Notes under the pieces: model-generated
Databases searched by the model: none
Told to the model about the DNA's origin: nothing
The model's input: only the letters and a program-made list of their open reading frames with translations
Shown here: piece by piece, positions 55,533 to 64,000 of the stretch
Layout: each line of letters opens with the position of its first letter
Numbering within the stretch: the first letter of the stretch is position 1
Virus record (IMG/VR): IMGVR_UViG_3300020471_000004
Location: 124,001-188,000 of that record
DNA length: 64,000 nt
Direction: 5' to 3' (one strand)
Translations under genes and position numbers: made by a program

Positions 55533-56135
55533 ATGGCATCAGTTGAGAAATTAAAGCAGCTGGCAGAAGGTGGCTTTGGTTCAAGAGCGAACTACATTGA
55601 ATACAAAGTAGATAATGCACTTAGCGTATTTACCAAACATTCACGCGCACCCTTCTCTGTTTTAGTGGCTGACATTGGTCCCCATTTTGTACCACGTCTA
55701 GGGATACAAAAGAATATATTTTCTTGTTTTCCTCAGCTTCACTCTAATCAAAGCGAGCGAGGTACTTGTGTGCCTGTTCCTGTAGAGTTTGACGTAGACA
55801 TTAAACAAAAAGCAGTAGCAGGTAACCCTAATCGCGTTAAAACTATTATTCGAAAAGGTGTTGTAGGCGCACTGGTTATTCACCCTAATGATCCTAGCGA
55901 AGTTCGCAAGCCTGAGGATCCTACTTTGTACGATTACATGAAACAAAGCTTTACAGAGCTTGTAAAGTACTGTAACCGATCAGGCGCTAACATTGGTATG
56001 AATCGAATCGGTACCGAAGACAAATGGCCTAACCACGAGTCTATTATAGAGCAAGTGTGTTACGAGCAGAATTTTAAAGGCAAAGTCTTTGTGTATACCC
56101 CTCGTGAAAAACGTAAACCAGCAGGTGGTCAGTGA
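55533..56135 (+). CDS. Possible macrodomain-like (TARG1/DarG-type) protein
   Basis: AAGGAG RBS; MKQSFTELVKYC...NIGMNRIG...WPNHESIIEQV...KVFVY matches the C-terminal half of the TARG1-type fold. Confidence 0.5.
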   Translation: MASVEKLKQLAEGGFGSRANYIEYKVDNALSVFTKHSRAPFSVLVADIGPHFVPRLGIQKNIFSCFPQLHSNQSERGTCVPVPVEFDVDIKQKAVAGNPNRVKTIIRKGVVGALVIHPNDPSEVRKPEDPTLYDYMKQSFTELVKYCNRSGANIGMNRIGTEDKWPNHESIIEQVCYEQNFKGKVFVYTPREKRKPAGGQ

Positions 56136-56773
56136 TTACTGACCTTTACCAGGTGCCTAAAGAGTCTGACCTAATGGATTTCATCTTTTTAGATGGAACT
56201 ATAGTAAGCACCCGGCAAAAGTCAGAGCAGCACGGCTACAAGGTAATGGATCTTGAAGATTCAGAAGGTCCTCAAGGTAGAGCTTTTACTATCTATACTA
56301 GCATAACCAAAGTGGTGGCGACAATATCTAACCCCTTAAACACCGAGACTAATCTTAACATAATAGTGAACTACGTTACCCGATGTGTTAAAGAATACTC
56401 TCCGTTTATGTGGGAAAAGTTAATAGACAGCGAAGCCTCTTTCAAGTCGTTTAAAGACATTGCTTTGCACCACTCTCTTGCAGGTACTATTTTTCACGAA
56501 ATAGACGATAGTAAGATCGTTCACTACAACATTACTGCGGTAGAAGATTGCGAACCTGAACCTATAGACCACTGTATTTTTGCAAACGGTGTGTTTATAG
56601 GAATCTCTAACAAACTTTCTCTTAGTGTGATAGAGGTAATAAACAGGTTCTTGTTTAACAAAGAAAAATCTAAAGCAGTAGATATGTATAAGGCTTTGCG
56701 TTACGCAAAAGACGACAACAATCTACCTTTGATTCCAGGTATAGATGATTTAAGCGGAGGAGGCGTTGCATAA
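56132..56773 (+). CDS. Hypothetical protein
   Basis: 213 aa; GTGA overlap. Confidence 0.7.
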   Translation: MITDLYQVPKESDLMDFIFLDGTIVSTRQKSEQHGYKVMDLEDSEGPQGRAFTIYTSITKVVATISNPLNTETNLNIIVNYVTRCVKEYSPFMWEKLIDSEASFKSFKDIALHHSLAGTIFHEIDDSKIVHYNITAVEDCEPEPIDHCIFANGVFIGISNKLSLSVIEVINRFLFNKEKSKAVDMYKALRYAKDDNNLPLIPGIDDLSGGGVA

Positions 56774-57378
56774 TGAACCAAGAACTAGAAGTCAATTGGT
56801 CTATTTTAGTTATACCATCTACTACAGAAGGTGAAGTAGATGATGCAGATTTGCTTAGGTACATGGACTTTAACTGTGCTTTAAACAGTAGCCTGGATAC
56901 CGTTCACTCGTGTTCGAATTCTTTAAACTTAGTATTCGGAACCGACCGTGAGCTTATCGATATTTGGTACGCAGGTAAGCGTAAAGACGAGTCTACCGAA
57001 GAGTTATACATTCAATGGATTTCAGATGTTATTGAACACCTTGAAAGCCAAGAAGTCGATATTCTATTACGAGTAGAGATAGAAGGCTCTGACAAGGTAG
57101 ACGTACTTCGATACACTGACCTTAGTGTGCAGCTAACCCAATGTCGATTTATCTTGGATGATGATATTGACCTTATAAACATGGGCGCAATGTTAAAAGG
57201 CATGGACCCTATACCTTTTGAAGATAACACCTTTGTTACGCTAACATACGAGTCATCTTACTCAGGTTCGTATAAAGCGTCTTCTCCTGTGTTGGTAGAA
57301 GGATACGAAAATACTTTTGATGTGTTTTCGTTGCTAGAGCAGACTAAAAGAAAGTTTAAAGCAATTTCTAAACTATAA
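56773..57378 (+). CDS. Acidic hypothetical protein
   Basis: 201 aa; GGAGG RBS; TAATG coupling. Confidence 0.7.
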   Translation: MNQELEVNWSILVIPSTTEGEVDDADLLRYMDFNCALNSSLDTVHSCSNSLNLVFGTDRELIDIWYAGKRKDESTEELYIQWISDVIEHLESQEVDILLRVEIEGSDKVDVLRYTDLSVQLTQCRFILDDDIDLINMGAMLKGMDPIPFEDNTFVTLTYESSYSGSYKASSPVLVEGYENTFDVFSLLEQTKRKFKAISKL

Positions 57379-57386
57379 GAAGCTAT

Positions 57387-58202
57387 ATGAAACCGATTAA
57401 AGTAATACGATATTTTTATCCAGAATCATTTATTAAAAATACATGGAGTAAGAGTCCTGGCTCTAAAAGTGCAGAAGATCTTTTAATTAGGTTTCACAAA
57501 AAGCACGGATGTGTCCTTCACCTAAATCCTGTTAACTCCAAAGAGTTCGAGTTGAAAGGAATATTCTGTCATGCTAAAGCAGACAGAAAAAAGTCTGATC
57601 CTGTACATGACTTTTTTAGCGCAACAGGAAAGGACACATCCTTTTTAGGGATTCCCTCTACGGTTCACAGCATCAAGAGCCTTAGAGCAGGAAGCAAGAT
57701 AGAAAGTTTTCTAAATTCTGAGATACAGCCTGTGTACCCTGTGTGGTCAAGTCTGGCACTAAGTATTCAAGAGCTAAGTACCTCGGAATCTATATGTATT
57801 CTGCAATTCTTTGTCCACAGAGACCAAGCAATACCTATCGTATGTGTGCTTGATACTATGGACGTTGCAGAAAAAGGCGAGACTCCATTCTTGCCTTTAT
57901 TTGAGACTCCTATTGGTTGGCATGAAGTTCCTCGAGGCGTGTTCGAAGATATAGTCAACCTTGATTTAAAAGATGCCGCTAGAGGTATCTTACAACGTAA
58001 AGGACTTAAACAATATAGACCTGATTGGGTAGTTCTAGAAAACCTTAGCCGAATGTCTAAAGAGTTTGCTAAAGAAGGCAAGAACTGGCCTGAGTATAAA
58101 CGTACAGGATACAAAAACCAAATTGATACTTTGGTAGACTTTGCTGAACGTTTAGGTCTTGATGTTTCTAAAGTGCTTGACCGAATTAAGGAACAGAAAT
58201 GA
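57387..58202 (+). CDS. Hypothetical protein
   Basis: 271-aa ORF. Confidence 0.7.
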   Translation: MKPIKVIRYFYPESFIKNTWSKSPGSKSAEDLLIRFHKKHGCVLHLNPVNSKEFELKGIFCHAKADRKKSDPVHDFFSATGKDTSFLGIPSTVHSIKSLRAGSKIESFLNSEIQPVYPVWSSLALSIQELSTSESICILQFFVHRDQAIPIVCVLDTMDVAEKGETPFLPLFETPIGWHEVPRGVFEDIVNLDLKDAARGILQRKGLKQYRPDWVVLENLSRMSKEFAKEGKNWPEYKRTGYKNQIDTLVDFAERLGLDVSKVLDRIKEQK

Positions 58203-58942
58203 CAACATGTGTAGGCTTTACCCGAAAAAACGCTATGTATATAGTAGCAGATAGGATGACCAACGATGGTCGCTTTCAGGTATCTTGTAGAGATGAAAAA
58301 ATCTACGCTGTAGACAACTGGGCTATCTGTATTGCAGGAAGTGTTAGAGTGAGAGAGATTGCATACGGTATGATTGACCGACTTAGAAACTGTGCTGAGC
58401 CTGATCTTGTGTTGCTTGAAGACGCATGTCCTGCCAAGTATTCTAGAGACCTTATATTGGATCTAGTCAAAGGTAAGGTACCGCAGTCTATCTCCAGTTG
58501 GCCTGGCTATTTTCAGCGTTGCTTAGAAGAGTTTTGGAAACAAGTCCAGAACCTAGTTAAGATGACAGACACCTACGGTCTTAATCTTGCAGATGACCCA
58601 GATATAGAGACAGAGTGGTTAGTAGTATCTAAAGACCACGGTACTTTCACTATAAGCCGCAATGGTTCTATATCAAAGACACCTTTTGCTGTAATCGGTT
58701 CTGGTCAAAACGCAGTACGTGGCGCTATTACTCTTTTGGCAACTAAAGGTATATCAATGCCTGCTTTAGCTTCAATAGACAAAGACCACGCTATTGAGGA
58801 TTACTTTCTATCACTACACGAAGGTATAAACGGAGATGAAAGTATATTAGATCAACTAAACACCTTAGTGCAAGTGGCAGCAAGTATAGACTTGACTACC
58901 GGTTACGACACTACCCACTTTTATTCGTCTGACAAGGATTAG
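58199..58942 (+). CDS. Ntn-hydrolase, proteasome beta/HslV-like peptidase
   Basis: N-terminal MTTCVG, IVADR, EKI, CIAGS and VIGSG motifs. Confidence 0.7.
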   Translation: MTTCVGFTRKNAMYIVADRMTNDGRFQVSCRDEKIYAVDNWAICIAGSVRVREIAYGMIDRLRNCAEPDLVLLEDACPAKYSRDLILDLVKGKVPQSISSWPGYFQRCLEEFWKQVQNLVKMTDTYGLNLADDPDIETEWLVVSKDHGTFTISRNGSISKTPFAVIGSGQNAVRGAITLLATKGISMPALASIDKDHAIEDYFLSLHEGINGDESILDQLNTLVQVAASIDLTTGYDTTHFYSSDKD

Positions 58943-58944
58943 TT

Positions 58945-59580
58945 ATGGCTATTAATGAAAACCTTATTGAGGTAAATCAGAATATATACAGAGCTCTAGA
59001 AGAACTAGGTCCATACGCGCAAATTAATCCTAGAATAGAGTACTATATCAAAATGCTAGGCATGATGCACAGTGCAGGTGAAGACCTTATTAGTGAGCTA
59101 CCTGATGCTATGGCAGAGTTAAGCAACATACCTTGTTCTTTCAGCGATTTACTAGACGATGTTAATTTAATAGTGTCTAAAAGCGAAGGCGTTGTGGGAG
59201 TAGGAGCTATTCGAAAGGAACATGGATTCGACTTTACCAAAGCTGTAACTTACAAAGACAATAACTTCACAAGTGCTTTATTAAAAGTGTACGCGTGTTA
59301 TGCATCGGATTCTCCTACAGAGTGTTGCGCAGGAGAATCTATTCAAGTAGACGGTAAAAAGTTTACATCTCTAGCCTGTTCTGATCTTGTTCAAGGCAAA
59401 GACCCGCGCATCCGCATCTATGAAAAAGAGGCACAGAAAGCAGAGACTGTTTTGTACCTAGACAAAGCCAATCTATCTGTTTCTGATGTGTGTGATATAT
59501 GGTTCGACCCTTTCATTGGCAAAGTAGACATAAAGTGGTGTAAGCCTTTTAACGGATCTGTTTTATTGGAGATTTTATGA
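58945..59580 (+). CDS. Hypothetical protein
   Basis: 211-aa ORF. Confidence 0.7.
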   Translation: MAINENLIEVNQNIYRALEELGPYAQINPRIEYYIKMLGMMHSAGEDLISELPDAMAELSNIPCSFSDLLDDVNLIVSKSEGVVGVGAIRKEHGFDFTKAVTYKDNNFTSALLKVYACYASDSPTECCAGESIQVDGKKFTSLACSDLVQGKDPRIRIYEKEAQKAETVLYLDKANLSVSDVCDIWFDPFIGKVDIKWCKPFNGSVLLEIL

Positions 59581-60152
59581 AAGTGCCTGACCAAACTGCT
59601 GCATCAATCTGGGAACAACTTATTTCTACGCGCCCTTCTTCGGCAGTTTCTATAATGCGTAAAGGGTGGACCCCTGATCAGATAGACCAGTGTATTGCAA
59701 AGTACTACCTTAAAGAGTTTGAAGATTGCGAAGCCTACGCCAAGTCTTTTTTAATCAAATACGGACTTTATGAGGTGCCTAGCTCTGTAGTAAGGCTTAC
59801 TACCGTAGCCCGAGATATTGGAGTACCTCTATACGCAGCTTACCATGCTTCTAAAAAGTTCGGTAACAGCCCAGAGCTAATTGATTGTCTAGGGCTTAGG
59901 TATATAGAAGTGTTTGATACTCATTTCGAAAGAGAGCATTTCTTTAAAACTTTCGGTATAAAAACCGATAAGGCTAAAGCTGACTTTATGGACCTTTACT
60001 TCACGCACTACGATACTATAAAGGCTTGTGAAAAATACGGCATTGATGTTCGAGCTCGCTATACGCGCATGACTAATGCTACTGAAAAGGCATTTAAGGA
60101 AGGCGGTAAGCTTAAAAAGAGCGATACGAACGACAAAATTTTTGAGGTGTAA
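59577..60152 (+). CDS. Hypothetical protein (possible repeated HTH)
   Basis: 191 aa; LTTVARDIGV and IKACEKYGID segments. Confidence 0.7.
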   Translation: MKVPDQTAASIWEQLISTRPSSAVSIMRKGWTPDQIDQCIAKYYLKEFEDCEAYAKSFLIKYGLYEVPSSVVRLTTVARDIGVPLYAAYHASKKFGNSPELIDCLGLRYIEVFDTHFEREHFFKTFGIKTDKAKADFMDLYFTHYDTIKACEKYGIDVRARYTRMTNATEKAFKEGGKLKKSDTNDKIFEV

Positions 60153-60153
60153 T

Positions 60154-60723
60154 ATGATTCGCGATCCAGATTTTAAGGTATCTACTCACTTTAAGTTCAA
60201 AGAAGTTTTCAAAAGTTACGAGGCAGAGCGCCTAGGCATAGACAACGGTTCTTTTATCACAGAAGATATACTTGCCTGTGCAGTAGCTACTGCTGAAAAC
60301 ATTCTTGAACCTGTTCGTAAGTGGGTCAAACGTCCTATGACTCCTAGCAGTTGGTTCCGTTGTGAAGAATTGGAATTTCTCCTGTGTAGCGAGTCGTTCT
60401 TTAAAAAACTTATGCGTAAAGGCATACCTGGTGTAGATAAAAATACTTACCTCCAGTACCCTACGCTTTATACCCTAGGCGAGCAGTTTATCGCTGAATG
60501 GAAAGAATACTATGAACGCAAGCAACATCCTAAAGGAATGGCCGTCGATTACGAAATCCCCGGACTTTCAAACCAAACTCTCTTCGAGTGGTCACGCGAC
60601 AACCTTCGATTCGATCAGCTTATTCTGGAGTTCCATAGACCAGAACTTGGATCTAACTCGGGATGGGTTCATGGAAGCTATAACTCAAAAGGGCCTAATA
60701 GAGGTCAATTGCTTCGATACTGA
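60154..60723 (+). CDS. Peptidase M15-family endolysin
   Basis: GAGG RBS; STHFKFKEV, LEPVR, SWFRC, QHPKGMAVD, FDQLILEF, GWVHGSY. Confidence 0.85.
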   Translation: MIRDPDFKVSTHFKFKEVFKSYEAERLGIDNGSFITEDILACAVATAENILEPVRKWVKRPMTPSSWFRCEELEFLLCSESFFKKLMRKGIPGVDKNTYLQYPTLYTLGEQFIAEWKEYYERKQHPKGMAVDYEIPGLSNQTLFEWSRDNLRFDQLILEFHRPELGSNSGWVHGSYNSKGPNRGQLLRY

Positions 60724-60973
60724 TGTATTTACGGTTATTGGGCTTTACTTGAATGCTGACTTCTACAAGGTAAATGGCGTAATAGGTTCTCACCTGTTTG
60801 ACAATTACCAGTACAACACCACTTTTCGTATGGGCAGAGCATACTTTATTAACGGAGTATGTTTCTATCCAGGATATTACGGTACTTGTGCAAAGGCACA
60901 ATGGGTGTTTAACGAGCATGAAGCTAACCTAAAGTCCATTAAACGTAAATTTTGTACTGCGCCTTACGTATGA
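60671..60973 (+). CDS. Hypothetical protein (start uncertain; overlaps the endolysin 3' end)
   Basis: Open frame from 60512; ATG 60671 chosen to minimise the overlap. Confidence 0.4.
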   Translation: MEAITQKGLIEVNCFDTDVFTVIGLYLNADFYKVNGVIGSHLFDNYQYNTTFRMGRAYFINGVCFYPGYYGTCAKAQWVFNEHEANLKSIKRKFCTAPYV

Positions 60974-61063
60974 CAAAACGAAAAATGGGATTGATAAGCG
61001 GCATTGTGTTTATAATTCTTTGCCTCTTGTCTGACTTACCCTCAAATAAAGAGATAACTGATC

Positions 61064-61255
61064 ATGCATGTTTATTCTGCGATTGATTGGTTAAAAGATA
61101 ATATATCGGAAGTAATTGAAAACTATTTGGTGGGAGACCAGGCAAGCATGTTACTGCTGTCTAGTTTTTCAGAGTGGTGTGTTGATATGAGTTCAGAGAA
61201 CTATTGTGACTTACATAATAGTGTAATGTTCTATAAGCAAGCCACATCTCACTAA
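61064..61255 (+). CDS. Small hypothetical protein; last + strand gene
   Basis: 63 aa; stop overlaps the stop of the convergent - strand gene. Confidence 0.5.
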   Translation: MHVYSAIDWLKDNISEVIENYLVGDQASMLLLSSFSEWCVDMSSENYCDLHNSVMFYKQATSH

Positions 61256-61830
61256 ATGGCAACTACTAGGGACAGTACTGCAATAATACGCCAAGTTATA
61301 GAGTCTATTTGGTTTTCTGTAGCTTGGCGTTTCAGTTCATCTTGATAGTACTTGTTAAACTCTTGCATACGCCTAGTATGAGCATACTCTAGTTTAAGCA
61401 TCCTAAGTACTTGGTTCCTTTCTTCAACGCTTAGTTCTAGTATACGGTCAAGTTTCTCTACTAACTTGCCGTTTTCCCTTGCAGATATTACTGCATCTCT
61501 TATTTTGAATACGGTTTCTGTATCCAAAAGAATATATAATTCATCTCCGCGTTCTGCTAAAGGCAACTGACCTTTATTCGTATCTTCTGAACCTACATGT
61601 ACCTCTTCGTATAGCTCAAAGTTATGGTCATATCTCTTTCTTACTACACGAGCTGCCTTTATTTTTGCTTCTATATCACTAGGGTATTCTAATGCTTCGG
61701 TACGAGTATGAGTTAAGTTTTCTAATTGATTAAGCTCTTGGTAGGCTGATGGAGTTTCGATACGCTGCTCTGTAGGAACAGCGCACCCGGCTATTGTTAT
61801 ACACAACACCCCTAAAATATTTCTTACCAT
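61252..61830 (-). CDS. Spanin-like lipoprotein (lipobox plus C-terminal hydrophobic helix)
   Basis: LCITIAG-C16 lipobox with Ala at +2, coiled coil, C-terminal WRIIAVLSLVVAI. Confidence 0.65.
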   Translation of the reverse strand: MVRNILGVLCITIAGCAVPTEQRIETPSAYQELNQLENLTHTRTEALEYPSDIEAKIKAARVVRKRYDHNFELYEEVHVGSEDTNKGQLPLAERGDELYILLDTETVFKIRDAVISARENGKLVEKLDRILELSVEERNQVLRMLKLEYAHTRRMQEFNKYYQDELKRQATENQIDSITWRIIAVLSLVVAI

Positions 61831-62153
61831 TTTGAACTCTTGAACGATTCTAGGTTTTCTTTGTCACTTTTGGAAGGGTCGTACTTGGGAGCAGAATCAA
61901 GTTTATTGTGTGCTTGCTCTGCTACTTGCCTCAGTTCCTCTTTTTCTTGAGACAAGCTATCAGTAAGCTTTCGGCTTTCTTCAAGCTGTTCTTTTAGCTC
62001 ATCTTCGTTAATATCTCTTAACTTCTTTTCAAGTTTCCCTACACGTTTACCTTTAGCGCCTCCTGTTACTGCAAGTGCGATTCCTGCTAGTACCATGCCT
62101 AAGCCTGCAACAATGGCAAGCCACCATCTTTTATACCAAGGTTCTTGCGTCAT
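61824..62153 (-). CDS. i-spanin-like protein
   Basis: N-terminal TM WWLAIVAGLGMVLAGIALAV followed by coiled coil; overlaps the lipoprotein gene. Confidence 0.65.
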   Translation of the reverse strand: MTQEPWYKRWWLAIVAGLGMVLAGIALAVTGGAKGKRVGKLEKKLRDINEDELKEQLEESRKLTDSLSQEKEELRQVAEQAHNKLDSAPKYDPSKSDKENLESFKSSKW

Positions 62154-62500
62154 TTTGTATCATCCTGTCTAAACGCATCGCTAGCTCTTCGTCTAGGAAC
62201 TTTGTTGCTAGGAGGGGCCTTATTAAACATGCTATCAATAGCGTAACCTACCGCAATAAAAGTAAGTAAACTAGGATCTGCTTCTGTGTATAGAATGGTA
62301 AAGTAAGAACTAAACACTGCTATTAAGGCAGTGATGGTTTGAGGTTTGTTTTTAGACCAGTAAGTATTCCAGTCTGCTTCTAACTTGATACACTTTTTTA
62401 CATAGTGTATTAATGTGCCTAATATAGTTATCCCGAAACTAAGTAAGATATAGCCCCAGGAGTAGTCTGCAATAGGACCTAATAGGTGTGCGACATCCAT
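62150..62500 (-). CDS. Holin-like membrane protein
   Basis: Three hydrophobic segments and a basic C-tail (KVPRRR), directly upstream of the spanin-like genes. Confidence 0.6.
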   Translation of the reverse strand: MDVAHLLGPIADYSWGYILLSFGITILGTLIHYVKKCIKLEADWNTYWSKNKPQTITALIAVFSSYFTILYTEADPSLLTFIAVGYAIDSMFNKAPPSNKVPRRRASDAFRQDDTK

Positions 62501-62543
62501 AGGTATTAGTTGTAGCCCTAAAGAGAGCTACAACTTGATCCCA

Positions 62544-62828
62544 TTATAGACCTGCTTCTGAGGCATCAATTGTGCCGTCATCTACTAACTCTTGTTTACG
62601 TCTAACCCAACGCTTTTTGACTTTATCAAAGAAGCTTTTTATTTCTTCTTCGTTGCCTTCAAAAGGTGATTTGTTAAAACCTTCTTCTGCAATCAGTCCG
62701 CGAAAGAATTTCTGATACTCTTGCTGTAGTACAGATTGCTCTGCACTTTGAGATTCAAGCTTATCTGCTCTGTTTAAGGCACGGTTGCCTACAAGGGTTA
62801 AGCCGTTAAGATCAAGTTGCGCTTTCAT
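62544..62828 (-). CDS. Small late/virion-associated hypothetical protein
   Basis: YQKFF...SPFE..EEEIKSFFDKVKKRW motif recalls small T4-type head-region proteins. Confidence 0.6.
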   Translation of the reverse strand: MKAQLDLNGLTLVGNRALNRADKLESQSAEQSVLQQEYQKFFRGLIAEEGFNKSPFEGNEEEIKSFFDKVKKRWVRRKQELVDDGTIDASEAGL

Positions 62829-62835
62829 AGTATAC

Positions 62836-63411
62836 CTAGTCTTTTAGTACTGCTAGTTGCCCAGCAATCGTGATTGAAATTTCTTTAAGGGTAGCGTCTC
62901 TAACTTCAGGTGCTTTTAGAGAAACTATTTCACCGCGTTGAATCAACATGTCACCTGGTGCTATCGCAGAGAATAAGCCTTCTTTTACATTAGCTTCGAA
63001 AACTATTGTTCCTAATTCACGAACTACGTTGCCGTCACGGTCAATGATCCGTAGATTAAAAGTAGCTTGGCTAGTAGCAGCTTCTTGTGCAAGCGCCAGG
63101 CTTTTATCAAAGTCTGCATAAATAGAGGCGGTTCGTACTGCTATATAATTGGCTACGATAGCATTAGGTTTAGGACGACCTATTACTGTCATACCAATAT
63201 CGTAAGGTTGCTTTTCGTCATCTTCTTGGATTACCCAATCAGACTTCGCTCCGCTATATACGTATATACCAGGTAGCTTATCACTTACAGGTGCCGTCAA
63301 TTGAAAAACTTGTGCGTTAGTAGGTTCAGTAGGAAATTCAGTACCACGGTTATCTATAAATTCCCGTGTGATTTCACTATCGTCTATCAAGTCAATACCG
63401 TCTGCCTTCAT
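62836..63411 (-). CDS. Putative tail/baseplate-associated beta-rich protein
   Basis: 191 aa; GTEFPTEPTNAQVF...YVYSG.W module typical of fibre-associated proteins. Confidence 0.55.
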   Translation of the reverse strand: MKADGIDLIDDSEITREFIDNRGTEFPTEPTNAQVFQLTAPVSDKLPGIYVYSGAKSDWVIQEDDEKQPYDIGMTVIGRPKPNAIVANYIAVRTASIYADFDKSLALAQEAATSQATFNLRIIDRDGNVVRELGTIVFEANVKEGLFSAIAPGDMLIQRGEIVSLKAPEVRDATLKEISITIAGQLAVLKD

Positions 63412-63644
63412 GACACTCTCACTTTTCCTGTAAACGGGCGCGAGAAAGATATTACCAACGTATTTAGATCTTGATTGACCTGACTCTTAGGTAATATCTT
63501 TTCAAGTTTACCGTCTATACTTACTAGAACATCGCATACAACTTCACGCCCAGAGTTGTGTACCACAGTCCAAGTATCACTAGGTGTGTCTTGGATGTGG
63601 GTATGTCCGTTCTGAATAAAGATTCTTTTACCGTTAATAGGCAT
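63408..63644 (-). CDS. Small beta-strand virion protein (one WTVVHN repeat)
   Basis: HTHIQDTPSDTWTVVHNSG...DLNTLVISFSRPFTGKV. Confidence 0.65.
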   Translation of the reverse strand: MPINGKRIFIQNGHTHIQDTPSDTWTVVHNSGREVVCDVLVSIDGKLEKILPKSQVNQDLNTLVISFSRPFTGKVRVS

Positions 63645-63653
63645 ACAGTCTCC

Positions 63654-63998
63654 TTAGATTGCAATAATCTTACCAGTAGTAGGTGAACTGAATTCAACGG
63701 TAGCGTTGTTTGTATCTACGTGAAGAATGCTGTGCGGCTGTATTTCATAACCATCAACAATAACACGTATAACAGGTTCATAACCAAGCATGTGCGGAAC
63801 ATTGACAACAGTTTTGTTATCAAAGGTAACATCAAACCCTATATTAGGTTTAGGAGTCCCGTCAATAGAGCCTAGAAGAACTACAGCTTTACCTATCATA
63901 GGTGTGTCGTTGAATGAAACAATAGTAGAGTTATTGTCTACTGCTTCAATCTCTGAAGGTATGACAACTTTACCTGTTTCATCAAAACACTGGACAAT
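63654..63998 (-). CDS. Partial gene (5' end beyond the window) with tandem beta repeats paralogous to 63408-63644
   Basis: Frame stays open past 63899 to the window end: IVQCFDETGKVVIPSEIEAVDNNSTIVSFNDTPMIGKA...HMLG...DTNNATVEFSSPTTGKI. Confidence 0.75.
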   Translation of the reverse strand: MVQCFDETGKVVIPSEIEAVDNNSTIVSFNDTPMIGKAVVLLGSIDGTPKPNIGFDVTFDNKTVVNVPHMLGYEPVIRVIVDGYEIQPHSILHVDTNNATVEFSSPTTGKIIAI

Positions 63999-64000
63999 AG

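Noticed and set aside
1-64000. Stop-codon reassignment, as seen in some jumbo phages
   Set aside because: Conserved enzymes are full length and genes tile tightly under code 11, with TAA, TAG and TGA all used as stops
1-64000. tRNA, tmRNA or rRNA genes
   Set aside because: No cloverleaf with a GTTCRA T-loop and acceptor stem was found in any intergenic gap by eye; tRNAscan-SE/ARAGORN would confirm

Overview
AT-rich, gene-dense segment of a large (jumbo-type) tailed bacteriophage genome in the standard genetic code, infecting a Gram-negative host (holin/spanin-type genes, lipobox). A resemblance to Lu11/PaBG/phiRSL1-type jumbo myoviruses is inference only. From about 0.6 to 61.2 kb all credible genes are on the + strand. 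An early or accessory region (about 0.6-25 kb) holds small hypothetical genes plus Nudix, SLOG, HD, wHTH, solute-binding and UvsE genes, driven by a recurring conserved promoter. A cluster of very acidic or very basic low-complexity proteins follows (25.6-33 kb). Next come type IIA topoisomerase B and A subunits, an HNH protein, a sigma-like protein, a DnaB helicase, the terminase large subunit, a MazG-like protein and a probable portal. After these are a 5'-3' exonuclease, a 2OG-Fe(II) oxygenase, a macrodomain-like protein, an Ntn-hydrolase and an M15 endolysin. From 61.25 kb to the end, genes switch to the - strand (spanin-like and holin-like genes, virion/tail proteins). No tRNA, rRNA, CRISPR array or transposase was seen. 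The most notable unexplained signals are: a 10-copy bipartite promoter with a covarying 5' leader hairpin; a second 12-bp intergenic motif; a chromatin-like acidic/basic protein cluster sharing a short helical module; a Sel1-fused, catalytically eroded NAD-ligase domain; three structured non-coding regions; and a spanin locus of hybrid architecture. All functional calls come from motifs recognised by eye, with no database searches.
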